From NCBI GenBank assembly GCA_036395015.1, contig DASWDZ010000084.1, positions 6,151 to 70,150 of the forward strand: 64,000 bases of DNA, written 5' to 3'. This DNA is from Candidatus Dormiibacterota bacterium. GTDB lineage: Bacteria > Chloroflexota > Dormibacteria > Dormibacterales > Dormibacteraceae. Positions 34,958 to 44,211 of this stretch are shown in pieces; the stretch's first letter is position 1, and the number at the start of each line of letters is the position of its first letter. Both the position numbers and the translations under genes were made by a program. The notes under the pieces were generated by a model that had not been told where the DNA came from, did no database searches, and was given only the letters and a program-made list of their open reading frames with translations.

Positions 34958-35653
34958 CTAGGCGAGCCGGGCGGCGAGCCGGTAGACGTCCGCGGACCCC
35001 ATGCCGGCGGCTTCCAGGTAGGACTCCACACCACCCCACCTCGCGTCCACGTGGTCGAGCACGCCGAGGATTCGTTCCGGCGGGCAGCGCAACTCGTTGC
35101 GAAAAGCCTCGCGCTTGTCGGGCTCTGCCTCGTTGATCCAGATCTCGTACTGCCCGGCGAGCTGGACGTCGGTCTCGCCGTAGTCGGCCGCGATGTGCTC
35201 GCGCGGGACTCCCGCAATCGCAAGCAGCATCGCCGCCACCAACCCCGTGCGGTCCTTGCCGGCGAAGCAGTGGAACAGCACGGTGCCGTCGGCCCAGACC
35301 AACGCGTTGAAGACGTCGCGAAACGCCTTCGGCCGGGTGTCGACGATGTACAGGTAGCGCTCGAACATGTCCCTGGAGTCGCCGATGTTGTTCATGTTCC
35401 TGTCGTCGATCAGGGCCACCTGGACATAGGTGGCTGCCGAGCCATCGGCGAAGGGGCTCGGGCTCTTGGCGACCTCGGACTCCGAGCGCAGGTCGACGAC
35501 GGTGGCGACACCGTAGGCCTTCATCGCCTCCCGGCCCGATTCGTTCAAGAGGCCGAGGTGGTCCGAGCGGATGATGGCGCGCGAACGGGTCAGACCGCCG
35601 TTTCGGGGTAGGCCACCGAGGTCGCGGGTGTTCTGGCAGTCCGGCCAGTTCAA
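34958..35653 (-). CDS. Protein-tyrosine phosphatase (Y_phosphatase3 family)
   Basis: CX5R P-loop HCFAGKDRTG. TTG start. Confidence 0.8.
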   Translation of the reverse strand: MNWPDCQNTRDLGGLPRNGGLTRSRAIIRSDHLGLLNESGREAMKAYGVATVVDLRSESEVAKSPSPFADGSAATYVQVALIDDRNMNNIGDSRDMFERYLYIVDTRPKAFRDVFNALVWADGTVLFHCFAGKDRTGLVAAMLLAIAGVPREHIAADYGETDVQLAGQYEIWINEAEPDKREAFRNELRCPPERILGVLDHVDARWGGVESYLEAAGMGSADVYRLAARLA

Positions 35654-35663
35654 CCTCCGCCCA

Positions 35664-35699
35664 TCTCTCCGACCCTCTCCCCGGAGGGGAGACGGAGAC
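35664..35699. repeat. GC-rich palindromic intergenic repeat, copy e
   Basis: TCTCCCC-GGA-GGGGAGA stem nested in a TCTCCG/CGGAGA outer stem, immediately downstream of the rpsI stop. It shares CTCTCC..GACCCTC with copies g and h. Confidence 0.7.
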
Positions 35700-35700
35700 G

Positions 35701-36093
35701 TTACCGCTTCGTGTATTGGGGTGCTTTCCGAGCCCGCTTCAGTCCGTACTTCTTGCGCTCCTTCATCCGCGCGTCGCGCGTCAGCAGCCCGGCCTTCTTG
35801 AGCGGCGTGCGGAAGTCGGGGTCGAAACGCAGGAGGGCGCGTGCGATCCCGTGCGCGATGGCGCCGGCCTGGCCGCTTGTGCCGCCGCCGATCACCTTGA
35901 CGCTCACGTCGAACTTCCGTTGGGTGCCGGTGACGCGCAGCGGCGCCAGGGCGGCCATCTCGAGCACCCGGCGGCCCAGGTAGGCCAGCGGGTCCTTCTC
36001 GTTCACCGTGACGCGGCCCTCGCCCGGCTGCAGCCGCACCCGCGCGATCGCGTTCTTCCGCCGTCCTGTCCCTCGATTCAGCGTATCAGCCAA
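35701..36093 (-). CDS. rpsI: 30S ribosomal protein S9
   Basis: [12 protein letters not shown] start region, ending in KAPQYTKR. Confidence 0.97.
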   Translation of the reverse strand: MADTLNRGTGRRKNAIARVRLQPGEGRVTVNEKDPLAYLGRRVLEMAALAPLRVTGTQRKFDVSVKVIGGGTSGQAGAIAHGIARALLRFDPDFRTPLKKAGLLTRDARMKERKKYGLKRARKAPQYTKR

Positions 36094-36550
36094 TCTTCAT
36101 GTTTCCTTTTTCGTCGAAGGTCACGACCTTCGGCTTCTGCGCCTGGTGCCCGTGATCGGCGCCTGCGTAGACGCGAAGGCGCTTCAGCATATCGGCTCCC
36201 AGGGTGTTGCGCTGCAGCATGCCCCGCACCGCGGTGGTCACCGGGAAGGTGGGGTCGAGCTCTTGCGCGCGCTGCAGGGTTCTCTTGCGCAGGCCGCCTG
36301 GGTAGCCCGTGTAGCGCGTGTACTCCTTGGTCTGCAGCTTGCTGCCCGTCACCTTCACCTTGGCGGCGTTGATGACCACGACGTGGTCGCCGCTGTTCAG
36401 GTGGGGCGTGAACGTCGGCTTGTGCTTGCCGCGCAGGATGGCTGCCACGCTCGATGCCAGGCGGCCCAACACCTGGTCCGTGGCGTCGACCACGTACCAG
36501 TCGCTTTTCAGATCCGCGGCTTTCGCCGTCCACGTTTTCTGCTTTGTCAC
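36086..36550 (-). CDS. rplM: 50S ribosomal protein L13
   Basis: [16 protein letters not shown] motif. GTG start with an AGGAG SD. Confidence 0.97.
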   Translation of the reverse strand: MTKQKTWTAKAADLKSDWYVVDATDQVLGRLASSVAAILRGKHKPTFTPHLNSGDHVVVINAAKVKVTGSKLQTKEYTRYTGYPGGLRKRTLQRAQELDPTFPVTTAVRGMLQRNTLGADMLKRLRVYAGADHGHQAQKPKVVTFDEKGNMKIG

Positions 36551-36566
36551 GTTTCTCCTGTTTAAG

Positions 36567-36591
36567 CCCCTCTCGCCGAGACGGAGAGGGG
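36567..36591. repeat. GC-rich palindromic intergenic repeat, copy f (CCCCTCTC-N9-GAGAGGGG)
   Basis: 8-bp perfect stem between the truA stop and the rplM start. Confidence 0.7.
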
Positions 36592-36593
36592 AC

Positions 36594-37325
36594 CTAGTAA
36601 ATCACTTCCATCAAGGTCAGCCCTCCAGCGGGCGCCGTGCGCGGCGCCTGCCGGCGGTCACGCGCTCGGAGGACGTCTCCCACCCACCTCGGCGGCCGCT
36701 CGCCGCGGCCTACCTCGGCCAGCGCGCCGGCGATGCTGCGCGCCAGGCCTCGCAGGAACCCCTCCGCGACCAGCTCCAGCTCGACGAAATCGCCCCGCCG
36801 CACGACCCGGGCGGAGCGCATCTCGCGCACCCTGGCGTTCGCCGGCTCGGAGGCCGAGCAGTAGCTGGTCCAGTCGTGCTTGCCGATCAGCGCCTTGGCC
36901 GCATGCGCCATCGCGTCGACGTCGAGCGGTCCGCGCACATGCCAGCAACGTCCCCGCTCCAGCGCAGGTCGCGCCGGGCGGTCCAGGAAGCGGTAGCGGT
37001 AGCGCCGCCAGCGCGCCGAATACCGAGCGTGGAAGTCGTCGGCCACCGCCTCCGCCGACACGGCGGCCACGTCTTTGGGCAACCGGGCATTGAGCGCGGC
37101 GACCAGCCGGTGCGGCGAGATCCGCCCATCCGTGTGGAAGTTCACGACCTGGCCTTCCGCGTGCGCGCCGGCGTCGGTGCGACCCGCGCCGTAGACCACG
37201 TGGTCCTTGCCGGCGATCTCACGCAGCGCCCGCTTCAGCTCGGCTTCCACCGTCCGGCCCTTCGCCTGCTGCTGCCAGCCGGCGAAATTCGACCCGTCGT
37301 ACTCGAGCACGACCTTGATATTCAC
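36594..37325 (-). CDS. truA: tRNA pseudouridine(38-40) synthase TruA
   Basis: LEYDGSNFAGWQ and GAGRTDAGAHA (catalytic Asp) motifs. GTG start. Confidence 0.93.
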   Translation of the reverse strand: MNIKVVLEYDGSNFAGWQQQAKGRTVEAELKRALREIAGKDHVVYGAGRTDAGAHAEGQVVNFHTDGRISPHRLVAALNARLPKDVAAVSAEAVADDFHARYSARWRRYRYRFLDRPARPALERGRCWHVRGPLDVDAMAHAAKALIGKHDWTSYCSASEPANARVREMRSARVVRRGDFVELELVAEGFLRGLARSIAGALAEVGRGERPPRWVGDVLRARDRRQAPRTAPAGGLTLMEVIY

Positions 37326-37344
37326 TTTTTAACTCAGCCCCTCC

Positions 37345-37386
37345 GGCCGGCTTCGCCGGCCACCTCCCCACTGCGTGGGGAGGAGT
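37345..37386. repeat. Tandem hairpins: GGCCGGC-TTC-GCCGGCC followed by palindromic repeat copy c (CCTCCCCA-CTGCG-TGGGGAGG)
   Basis: They lie between the rplQ stop and the truA start. Copy c shares the CCACCTCCCCA...TGGGGAGGAGT arms with copies a and b. Possible terminator or processing site. Confidence 0.75.
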
Positions 37387-37398
37387 TGGGTGCTCCTC

Positions 37399-37752
37399 TC
37401 AGTCCACCAATTCGATGATCACCATCGGCGCCGCGTCGCCGAGACGCGGGCCCTTGTGAATGATCCGCGTGTAGCCGCCAGGCCGCTCCGCGAGCCGCGG
37501 CATGAGGTTGGAGAACAGCCTCTCCACCACCTCGGGCTTGGATACCTCCGCACTGACGCGACGGCGCGCGTTCACGTCCTGGTCCTTGGCGGTCGTGATC
37601 AGCCGCTCGACCCACCGCCGCAGCTCCTTCGCCCGCGCCTCGGTGGTGGTGATGCGCCCGCTCTCGAGCAGCGACGTGCACAGGTTGCGCATCAGCGCCT
37701 TGCGGGCGTCGGTGTCGCGGTTGAAGCGGCGGCCGCTCTTCTGGTGGCGCAA
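37399..37752 (-). CDS. rplQ: 50S ribosomal protein L17
   Basis: (M)RHQKSGRRFNRDTDARKALMRNL. TTG start with an AAGGAG SD. Confidence 0.97.
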   Translation of the reverse strand: MRHQKSGRRFNRDTDARKALMRNLCTSLLESGRITTTEARAKELRRWVERLITTAKDQDVNARRRVSAEVSKPEVVERLFSNLMPRLAERPGGYTRIIHKGPRLGDAAPMVIIELVD

Positions 37753-37761
37753 TGAGGCTCC

Positions 37762-38712
37762 TTAGCCGCGCAGGACCGTGCCCATCTCTTCGGGCTTGAT
37801 GAATCCCTTCTCGACGAGCTTTTCCTTGATCTCGTCAAGAGACTTGCGCCCGAAGTTCCGCAGCGCGAGCAGCTCCTCCTCTCGCTTCTGAAGGAGCTGG
37901 CCGACGGTCTGGATCTCATTCGCCTTCAGGCAGTTGAAGGCGCGGACCGAGAGATCGAGCTCCTCGATCGGCGTATCCATCAACCGGTTCTGCCCGGTCT
38001 TCTCGCCACGCATGTCCTGCTCGTGCTTCTCGATCGCAGTGTGGAAGTTCACGAACAGGTTGAGGTGCTGGGTGAAGAGCTGCGCCGAGTGGCTGACCGC
38101 CTCCTCGGGCGACATGGTGCCGTCCGTCCACACCTCGATGATCAGCCGGTCATAGTCGGTCGACTGGCCGACGCGGGTCTTCTCGACGACGAAATTCGCC
38201 TTCTCCACCGGGGAGAAGATGGAGTCGATCGGAATCACCCCGATGGGCTGACCCTCGTGCTTGTTGCGTTCCGCGGGCACGTAGCCCTTGCCTCGCTCCA
38301 CGTTCAGCTCCATGCGCAGGTGGCCCTTGGCCGCCAGGGTGCAGATGTAGAGGTCCGGGTTGACGATCTCCACGTCGGAGGTGGCCTGGACGTGCGACGC
38401 GCGCACCTCGGCCGGCCCCTTGACGTCGAGCAGGAGCGTGATCGGGTCCTCGGTGAAGCTCTTGAGGCGCAGCTTCTTGAGGTTGAGGATGACCTCGGTC
38501 ACGTCCTCCTTCACATGCGGGATCGCCGTGAACTCGTGGGCGACGCCGTCGATCTGGATCGAGGTCACCGCGGCGCCCCAGAGCGACGAAAGCAGCACGC
38601 GACGCAGCGTGTTGCCGAGCGTGGTGCCAAATCCCGGGTCGAGCGGCTCGATGTCGAACTTGCCGTAGTTCGCGCTCGTCTCGAGCTTGCGGACCTGGGG
38701 GGTAACGGTCAT
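37762..38712 (-). CDS. rpoA: DNA-directed RNA polymerase subunit alpha
   Basis: YGKFDIEPLDPGFGTTLGNTLRRVLLSS, and a C-terminal domain with LDLSVRAFNCLK. I chose the ATG at 38712, downstream of the rpsD stop. Confidence 0.95.
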   Translation of the reverse strand: MTVTPQVRKLETSANYGKFDIEPLDPGFGTTLGNTLRRVLLSSLWGAAVTSIQIDGVAHEFTAIPHVKEDVTEVILNLKKLRLKSFTEDPITLLLDVKGPAEVRASHVQATSDVEIVNPDLYICTLAAKGHLRMELNVERGKGYVPAERNKHEGQPIGVIPIDSIFSPVEKANFVVEKTRVGQSTDYDRLIIEVWTDGTMSPEEAVSHSAQLFTQHLNLFVNFHTAIEKHEQDMRGEKTGQNRLMDTPIEELDLSVRAFNCLKANEIQTVGQLLQKREEELLALRNFGRKSLDEIKEKLVEKGFIKPEEMGTVLRG

Positions 38713-38750
38713 CTGCGTGTCAATTGCCAAGTGGGTCTCTATACCTCCGA

Positions 38751-39371
38751 CTACCTTGAATAGAATTCGACGATCAGCTGTTCCTCGACCCCCGACTCCA
38801 TCTCGTGACGATCGGGTCGGGCGAGGATCTTGCCGGACTTCTCGTCCGCGTTGAAGGCAAGCCATGACGGGACCGGGCGCACCTTGGAGGCGTCCAGCGC
38901 GGCGTCGAAGACGCCGTCGGAGCCCTTCACCTTCACCTCGTCACCTGGCTTGAGCTGGTACGAGGGAACGTTCACGAGCTTGCCGTTGATCTCAAAGTGG
39001 CGGTGCGTGACGAGCTGGCGCGCCTGCTTGCGCGACGTGCCCAACCCCAGTCGATAGACAACGTTGTCCAGGCGCATCTCGAGGTGGCGCAGCAGGTTGA
39101 GACCGGTGACGCCTGGCTCGTTGGAGGCCTGGTCGAAGTAGTTGCGGAACTGCTTCTCGAGCAGGCCGTAGATGCGCCGCGCCTTCTGCTTCGCTCGCAG
39201 CTGCAGGCCGTAGTCCGACGTCTTGCGCTTGCGGGCCTGGCCGTGCATGCCGGGCGCGAACGCGCGGCGCTCGATCGCGCACTTCGGCGTGTAGCAGCGC
39301 TCGCCCTTCAGGTAGAGCTTGGCGCCCTCACGGCGGCAGAACCGGCAGACCGGACCGCTGTAATTGGCCAT
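38751..39371 (-). CDS. rpsD: 30S ribosomal protein S4
   Basis: MANYSGPVCRFCRREGAKLYLKGERC. ATG at 39371, after the rpsK stop. Confidence 0.96.
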   Translation of the reverse strand: MANYSGPVCRFCRREGAKLYLKGERCYTPKCAIERRAFAPGMHGQARKRKTSDYGLQLRAKQKARRIYGLLEKQFRNYFDQASNEPGVTGLNLLRHLEMRLDNVVYRLGLGTSRKQARQLVTHRHFEINGKLVNVPSYQLKPGDEVKVKGSDGVFDAALDASKVRPVPSWLAFNADEKSGKILARPDRHEMESGVEEQLIVEFYSR

Positions 39372-39373
39372 GC

Positions 39374-39769
39374 CTAAACCCGCCTGCGCTTGGGCGGCCG
39401 GCACCCGTTGTGCGGGATGGGGGTCACGTCGGTGATGGCGCTGACCTCGAGGCCGGTCGCCTGGAGCGAGCGGATCGCGGCCTCGCGGCCGGCGCCCGGC
39501 CCGCGGACGAAGACCTCGATCGAGCGCATGCCGTGCTCGAGCGCCCTCTTGGCGGTGGCCTCGGCGGTGGTCTGGGCGGCAAACGGCGTCGACTTCCGGC
39601 TGCCCTTGAAGCCCTGTGCCCCGGCCGAGCCCCAGGCGATGACGTTCCCGTCGACGTCGCTGATCGAGATGATCGTGTTGTTGAAAGTGCTCTGGATGTG
39701 AGCCTGGCCGTTGACCACGTTCTTGCGCTCGCGGCGCCGCGTGCGGACGACCTTCTTCTGCTTTGCCAC
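39374..39769 (-). CDS. rpsK: 30S ribosomal protein S11
   Basis: [18 protein letters not shown] and [11 protein letters not shown] motifs. Confidence 0.97.
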   Translation of the reverse strand: MAKQKKVVRTRRRERKNVVNGQAHIQSTFNNTIISISDVDGNVIAWGSAGAQGFKGSRKSTPFAAQTTAEATAKRALEHGMRSIEVFVRGPGAGREAAIRSLQATGLEVSAITDVTPIPHNGCRPPKRRRV

Positions 39770-40167
39770 TACTTCCCGGCCTTGACCTTCTTCTTGCCAG
39801 CCACCGCGCGCTTCGGTCCGCGCCGGCTGCGGGCGTTGGTTCGCGTCCGCTGGCCGCGCACGGGCAGGCCGCGGCGGTGTCGCTGGCCGCGATAGGAGCC
39901 GATCTCGGTCAGGCGCTTGATGTTCATCGCGACCTCGCGCCGCAGGTCCCCTTCGATGAGGATGTCCTTGGCGGTAGCCATGCGGTCGACGATCTGGCGC
40001 AAGCGCGCCACCTCCTCCTCGCTGAGCTCCTTGGTCCTCTTGTTCGCGTCCACGTTGGCGTTCTTGACGATCTTCCCCGCGGTGGTGTTGCCGATGCCGT
40101 GTATGTAGGTCAGGGCGATCACGACGCGCTTCTGCGGCGGGATGTCGACGCCGGCGATCCTTGCCAT
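39769..40167 (-). CDS. rpsM: 30S ribosomal protein S13
   Basis: [26 protein letters not shown]. Confidence 0.97.
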   Translation of the reverse strand: MARIAGVDIPPQKRVVIALTYIHGIGNTTAGKIVKNANVDANKRTKELSEEEVARLRQIVDRMATAKDILIEGDLRREVAMNIKRLTEIGSYRGQRHRRGLPVRGQRTRTNARSRRGPKRAVAGKKKVKAGK

Positions 40168-40172
40168 CTAGC

Positions 40173-40289
40173 TCAGCCCTGCCTCTGCTTGTGCTTGGGC
40201 GTCTTGGAGCAGATCACGCGCACCACGCCGTTGCGCTTGATCACCTTGCAGCTCGGACACATCTTCTTGACGGACGGACGTACCTTCAT
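40173..40289 (-). CDS. rpmJ: 50S ribosomal protein L36 (zinc-binding form)
   Basis: Too short for the ORF track. The reverse complement reads [42 protein letters not shown] overlap with the infA stop. Confidence 0.93.
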   Translation of the reverse strand: MKVRPSVKKMCPSCKVIKRNGVVRVICSKTPKHKQRQG

Positions 40290-40501
40290 CTCCAAATCTC
40301 TCGAATCCGCCCTCGCGACCGGTCGTCCGACGCGAGCTCGACACCCACCTTGTCGCCGGCCAGGAGCCGGGTGAAATGGGTGCCTGCGCGGTCAGCGACG
40401 TGAGCGAGGACCTTCGCCCCGTTCTCGAGCTCGACCCTGTAGACACCGTTGGGAAGAGGCTCCACCACGACCCCCTTCACGATTGAGGGGCGCTGGGGCA
40501 C
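40286..40501 (-). CDS. infA: Translation initiation factor IF-1
   Basis: S1-like core [26 protein letters not shown]. The GTG at 40501 gives a typical 71 aa length. There is no in-frame ATG near the conserved core. Confidence 0.85.
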   Translation of the reverse strand: MPQRPSIVKGVVVEPLPNGVYRVELENGAKVLAHVADRAGTHFTRLLAGDKVGVELASDDRSRGRIREIWR

Positions 40502-40538
40502 GAACGGCGATTGTACCAAAGACCCAGAATCTGCCAGC

Positions 40539-41324
40539 TTAAGCCCCTCTCCCCGACCCTCCCCCCGATGGAGGAAAGGTGCCTGTCGTGAGCACGATTG
40601 GCCCCTTTTCTGTGATAGCGACGGTGTGCTCAAAGTACGCCGAGAGGGAGCCGTCTGCGGTGCAGATCGTCCAGCCGTCGGGCTTCATGTAGACCTCGTG
40701 GCTGCCCGCGTTGACCATCGGCTCGATGGCCAGGGTCATGCCCGGCTTGAGCCGGGGCGGCGTTCCCGGCGTGCCGAAGTTGGGGACCTGCGGGTCCTCG
40801 TGCATCTGACGGCCGATGCCGTGGCCGACGAACTGCCGGATCACCGAGAACCCCGCCGCCTCGACGTGCCGCTGGATGGCCGAGGAGATGTCGCCCAGGT
40901 AGCCGCCCGGTCGTGCCTTCTCGATCCCGACGTAGAGCGCCTCCTCGGTGACCTTGATCAGGCGCACCGCCTCGGGCGTGATCTTGCCCACGCCGACCGT
41001 GATCCCGACGTCGGCCCAGAACCCCTCCAGCACCAGCCCCAGGTCGAGGCTGACAAGGTCGCCCTCGGCGATCTTGCGGTTGCCGGGGATGCCGTGGACC
41101 GCCTCGTCGTTGATGGAGACGCAGATCGACTTGGGGAAGCCGTGGTAGCCGAGAAAGCCAGGCGTCGCCCCGCCAGCCCGGATGAGCCTGTCGGCCAGCC
41201 GGTCAAGCTCGATCGTCCTCACGCCCGGCTGGCAAGCCTCCTTCAGGGGCGGCAGGACGGACGCGAGCAGGCTGCCGGCGCGAGCCATCAGGTCGATCTC
41301 GTGAGCGGTCTTGAGGTTGATCAT
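40539..41324 (-). CDS. map: Type I methionine aminopeptidase
   Basis: MINLKTAHEIDLMARAG, HGIPG and the FEHTVAITEKGP metal-ligand context. ATGA overlap with the adk stop. The last ~14 codons run into a repeat element. Confidence 0.93.
   Translation of the reverse strand: MINLKTAHEIDLMARAGSLLASVLPPLKEACQPGVRTIELDRLADRLIRAGGATPGFLGYHGFPKSICVSINDEAVHGIPGNRKIAEGDLVSLDLGLVLEGFWADVGITVGVGKITPEAVRLIKVTEEALYVGIEKARPGGYLGDISSAIQRHVEAAGFSVIRQFVGHGIGRQMHEDPQVPNFGTPGTPPRLKPGMTLAIEPMVNAGSHEVYMKPDGWTICTADGSLSAYFEHTVAITEKGPIVLTTGTFPPSGGGSGRGA
40544..40579. repeat. GC-rich repeat, copy g (degenerate), inside the 3' end of map
   Basis: CCCCTCTCCCCGACCCTCCCCCCGATGGAGGAAAGG aligns with copy h at about 31 of 37 positions by eye. 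Confidence 0.65.
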
Positions 41325-42031
41325 CGTTTCGCGGTTTTCGTCGCAGGTATGCCCCCACCCGGGCTGCCTTGCGGCCCGACCTCCTCGGCGAGCGGGGAGG
41401 TGACCTTGCCGTCGGCTGCGGCCAGCACCTGGCGGCCTATCTGTGCGATTGTCCCCCGCCCGTCGATCTCGGAAACCAGGCCAGCGGCGCGGTAATGGTC
41501 GAGCACGGGAACCGTCTTCTCCAGGTAGATCTCGATCCGGGGTCGGACCGCTTCCGGTTTGTCGTCCTCCCGCTGGACCAACTGGCTGCCCTCCGTCTCG
41601 CATGCGGGCGTTCCAGGCGGATACGTGCGCTGGCATTGCGGGCAGACGAGGCGTCCGGAAAGGCGGCGCAACAGCTCATCGACCGGAACCCTCAGGTAGA
41701 TGACGCGGTCGAAGCGCTTGCTGAGCTCGACCATGAGCGTGTCGAGCGCGTTCGCCTGGGGGACCGTGCGGGGAAAGCCATCGATGATGAATCCTGGGTC
41801 GCAGTCCGGCCTTCGGAGCCGGTTCCTGATCATGCCGATCATGATGTCGTCGGAGACGTACTTGCCCGCGGCCAGGATGGGCTGCGCCTGCCGGCCGAGC
41901 GCGGTGCCTGCCTGGATCTCGGCGCGCAGCATATCGCCCGTCGCGATGTGCGGGATCCCGTAGTGCGAGCGCAGCATGTTGGCCTGCGTCCCCTTGCCGG
42001 AGCCAGGCGCGCCGTAAAGAAGGAGGTTCAC
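41321..42031 (-). CDS. adk: Adenylate kinase (zinc-lid type, C-terminal extension)
   Basis: P-loop LLYGAPGSGKGTQ and lid CPQCQRTY...C. The GTG at 42031 (VNLLLYG) is preferred over the GTG at 42061. Confidence 0.93.
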   Translation of the reverse strand: MNLLLYGAPGSGKGTQANMLRSHYGIPHIATGDMLRAEIQAGTALGRQAQPILAAGKYVSDDIMIGMIRNRLRRPDCDPGFIIDGFPRTVPQANALDTLMVELSKRFDRVIYLRVPVDELLRRLSGRLVCPQCQRTYPPGTPACETEGSQLVQREDDKPEAVRPRIEIYLEKTVPVLDHYRAAGLVSEIDGRGTIAQIGRQVLAAADGKVTSPLAEEVGPQGSPGGGIPATKTAKR

Positions 42032-42053
42032 CCGAGCGGCCCCTCCGGCGCTG

Positions 42054-42083
42054 CGCGCCACCTCCCCATGAATGGGGAGGAGT
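42054..42083. repeat. GC-rich palindromic intergenic repeat, copy b (CCTCCCCA-TGAA-TGGGGAGG)
   Basis: 30 nt identical to 2190-2219. It lies between the secY stop and the adk start. Confidence 0.85.
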
Positions 42084-42086
42084 TTG

Positions 42087-43418
42087 TCATTTGATGAAGC
42101 CCCGGTACTGACGCATCACCAGCTGCGTCTGCAGCTGCTTCATGGTGTCGAGCGCGACGCCGACCACGATCAGGATGGCGGTACCCCCCAGGTACATCTG
42201 CTGCTGGTTGATGCCCGAGATCTTGGACGTGGCGATCGGCAGGATCACGGTGATGAAGCCCAGAAAGATGGCGCCTACGAAGGTGACGCGGTTCATCACG
42301 GCTTGCAGGTAGTCCGCCGTCGGACGCCCTGGACGGATGCCGGGGATGAAGCTGGAATAGCGCTTCAGGTTGTCGGCCACATCGTTCACGTCGAAAGTGA
42401 TCGCCGTATAGAAGTACGTGAAGCCGAACGTGAACAGGAAGTAGAGGGCGTTGTACGTGATCGCCATCGGCACGTTGGCAGTGCTGGGGGAGAAGTTGCC
42501 CTGCACCCAGTGCGCAGCCCGGTAGTACCAGGTGTCCGGCGGGGCAGAAGTGAAGTAGTTGGCGACGATGGTCGGCAGGAACATCACCGAGATCGCGAAG
42601 ATGATCGGGATCACGCCGGCGTGGTTCACGCGGAGGGGCAGGAAGCTCGCCCTGCGGCCAACCTCGCGGCCGCCGGCCACGCGCTGCGCCGACTGGATGG
42701 GTATCTTCCGCACGGCCTGCTGGACCTCGATGATCACAGCGGTCATGGCCAGCGCGATGAGGCCGAACAGGATGAAGGGGATGTAGTCGGCCAGGCCGCC
42801 TCCGGCCGAGTGCGCACCGAACACGGCTGCGACACCCTGCGGGCCGCGACCGATGATGCCCGCGAAGATGATCAGGGACACGCCGTTGCCGATGCCGTAC
42901 TCGGTGATCAGCTCACCGAACCACATGAGCATGACCGTGCCCGCGGTGAGGACCAGGATGATCTGCAGGCGCTGGAACCAGTCCAGCGGTCCGAGGATCG
43001 CCGGGCTCGTGTTCTGAAAGAGGACCGTAAATCCGTAGGCCTGCCCCGCGCCGAGCGCAACGGTGAGATAGCGACTCCAGCGCTGGATCTTGCGGCGACC
43101 CATCTCGCCTTCTTTCTGGATCTCCTTGATGCGCTCGGAGATCACCGTCATCAGCTGCATGATGATCGTGGCGTTGATGTAGGGGTTCATGCCCATGGCC
43201 ACGACGCTGAAGCGGGAAAGGCCGCCGCCGGAGAAGAGGTCCAGCAGCCCCAGCAGGGCCTGGTTGTTGAAGAGGTTGGCGAGCGCGCCCTGGCTGGCGA
43301 GCGGAATGGTGACGTTGGAGAAGAGCCGAAACGTGACCAGGATGCCGCAGGTGAAGAGGATCTTGTTCCGGAGCTCGGGCAACCGGATCGCGTTGATGAG
43401 CGCCTCGAGGAGGTTCAT
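42087..43418 (-). CDS. secY: Preprotein translocase subunit SecY
   Basis: 10-TM protein with ELRNKILFT, GMNPYINATIIMQL and LQTQLVMRQYRGFIK. Confidence 0.97.
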   Translation of the reverse strand: MNLLEALINAIRLPELRNKILFTCGILVTFRLFSNVTIPLASQGALANLFNNQALLGLLDLFSGGGLSRFSVVAMGMNPYINATIIMQLMTVISERIKEIQKEGEMGRRKIQRWSRYLTVALGAGQAYGFTVLFQNTSPAILGPLDWFQRLQIILVLTAGTVMLMWFGELITEYGIGNGVSLIIFAGIIGRGPQGVAAVFGAHSAGGGLADYIPFILFGLIALAMTAVIIEVQQAVRKIPIQSAQRVAGGREVGRRASFLPLRVNHAGVIPIIFAISVMFLPTIVANYFTSAPPDTWYYRAAHWVQGNFSPSTANVPMAITYNALYFLFTFGFTYFYTAITFDVNDVADNLKRYSSFIPGIRPGRPTADYLQAVMNRVTFVGAIFLGFITVILPIATSKISGINQQQMYLGGTAILIVVGVALDTMKQLQTQLVMRQYRGFIK

Positions 43419-43426
43419 CTACTCAG

Positions 43427-43951
43427 CTAGGGAGACGCGCTCTCCGTGGGTTCTGCTTGCTTAGGCTCCTCTCCCCGGCCCTCGCCCCGATGGGGGGAGG
43501 GAGCTTTCGGTTCGCCGAGAACCTTGACGGAGCCACCCGCCTTCTCGATCGTCTCGCGCGCACTGTTGCTGAACGCGTGCGCCTCGACGGCAAGCCTCCT
43601 CTTCAGCCGTCCTGCCCCCAGGACCTTGATCTCCTGGCCCGGGCGCACAAGGCCGGCCTCGAACAGAGCCTGGGCGTCGACCTTGGCGCCGTCCTCGAAC
43701 CGGCTCAGCTTGGAGACGTTGACGACGGAATAGATCTTCTTGAACGGGTTCTTGAAGCCGGGAAGCTTGGGGATGCGTTGCGACAGCGGCATCTGGCCGC
43801 CCTCGAAGCCGAGGCGGAAGCCTTCGCTCCGCGCGTTCTGCCCCTTCTGGCCGCGGCCCGAGGTCTTGCCTCGACCCGAGCCGGTGCCGCGGCCGACGCG
43901 CCTCGCCTTGCGGTGGGCGCCAGGAGCGGGCTTGAGATCGTGCAGCTGCAT
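43427..43951 (-). CDS. rplO: 50S ribosomal protein L15 (C-terminal extension of about 28 aa)
   Basis: [34 protein letters not shown]. The tail PSPHRGEGRGEEPKQ is encoded by a repeat element. Confidence 0.95.
   Translation of the reverse strand: MQLHDLKPAPGAHRKARRVGRGTGSGRGKTSGRGQKGQNARSEGFRLGFEGGQMPLSQRIPKLPGFKNPFKKIYSVVNVSKLSRFEDGAKVDAQALFEAGLVRPGQEIKVLGAGRLKRRLAVEAHAFSNSARETIEKAGGSVKVLGEPKAPSPHRGEGRGEEPKQAEPTESASP
43464..43503. repeat. GC-rich palindromic repeat, copy h, inside the 3' end of rplO
   Basis: CCTCGCCCC-GAT-GGGGGGAGG stem with one mismatch. It is related to copies e and g. Confidence 0.7.
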
Positions 43952-44211
43952 CAGTTTCCTCGCTGATGTTTCTTGGTCGAGCGAGCGCGCCAGATCTTGT
44001 AGCGGCTGCGCTTGGGCCGCTCGTACGGCTCGCCCTCGACGGCGACCAGGAAGTCCACGCGCCGCAACATGCCGCGCACCGCGGGGTTGTCGGGCAGCTC
44101 GCGGGTCTGGTTCATGCGCCGGAAGCCCAGCGACTCCACGGTGGCGCGGATCTCGGGGCGGGCGCCGATCGCGCTCTTCATGAGAGTGGCTTTGAGGGTT
44201 TTCTCAGCCAC
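43951..44211 (-). CDS. rpmD: 50S ribosomal protein L30 (basic C-terminal extension of about 25 aa)
   Basis: [25 protein letters not shown] and [11 protein letters not shown] motifs. GTG start. Confidence 0.9.
   Translation of the reverse strand: MAEKTLKATLMKSAIGARPEIRATVESLGFRRMNQTRELPDNPAVRGMLRRVDFLVAVEGEPYERPKRSRYKIWRARSTKKHQRGN

Noticed and set aside
2190-43503. CRISPR array formed by the palindromic repeats
   Set aside because: The copies are kilobases apart, each between or at the ends of housekeeping genes. They have no regular repeat-spacer periodicity, and no cas genes are present.
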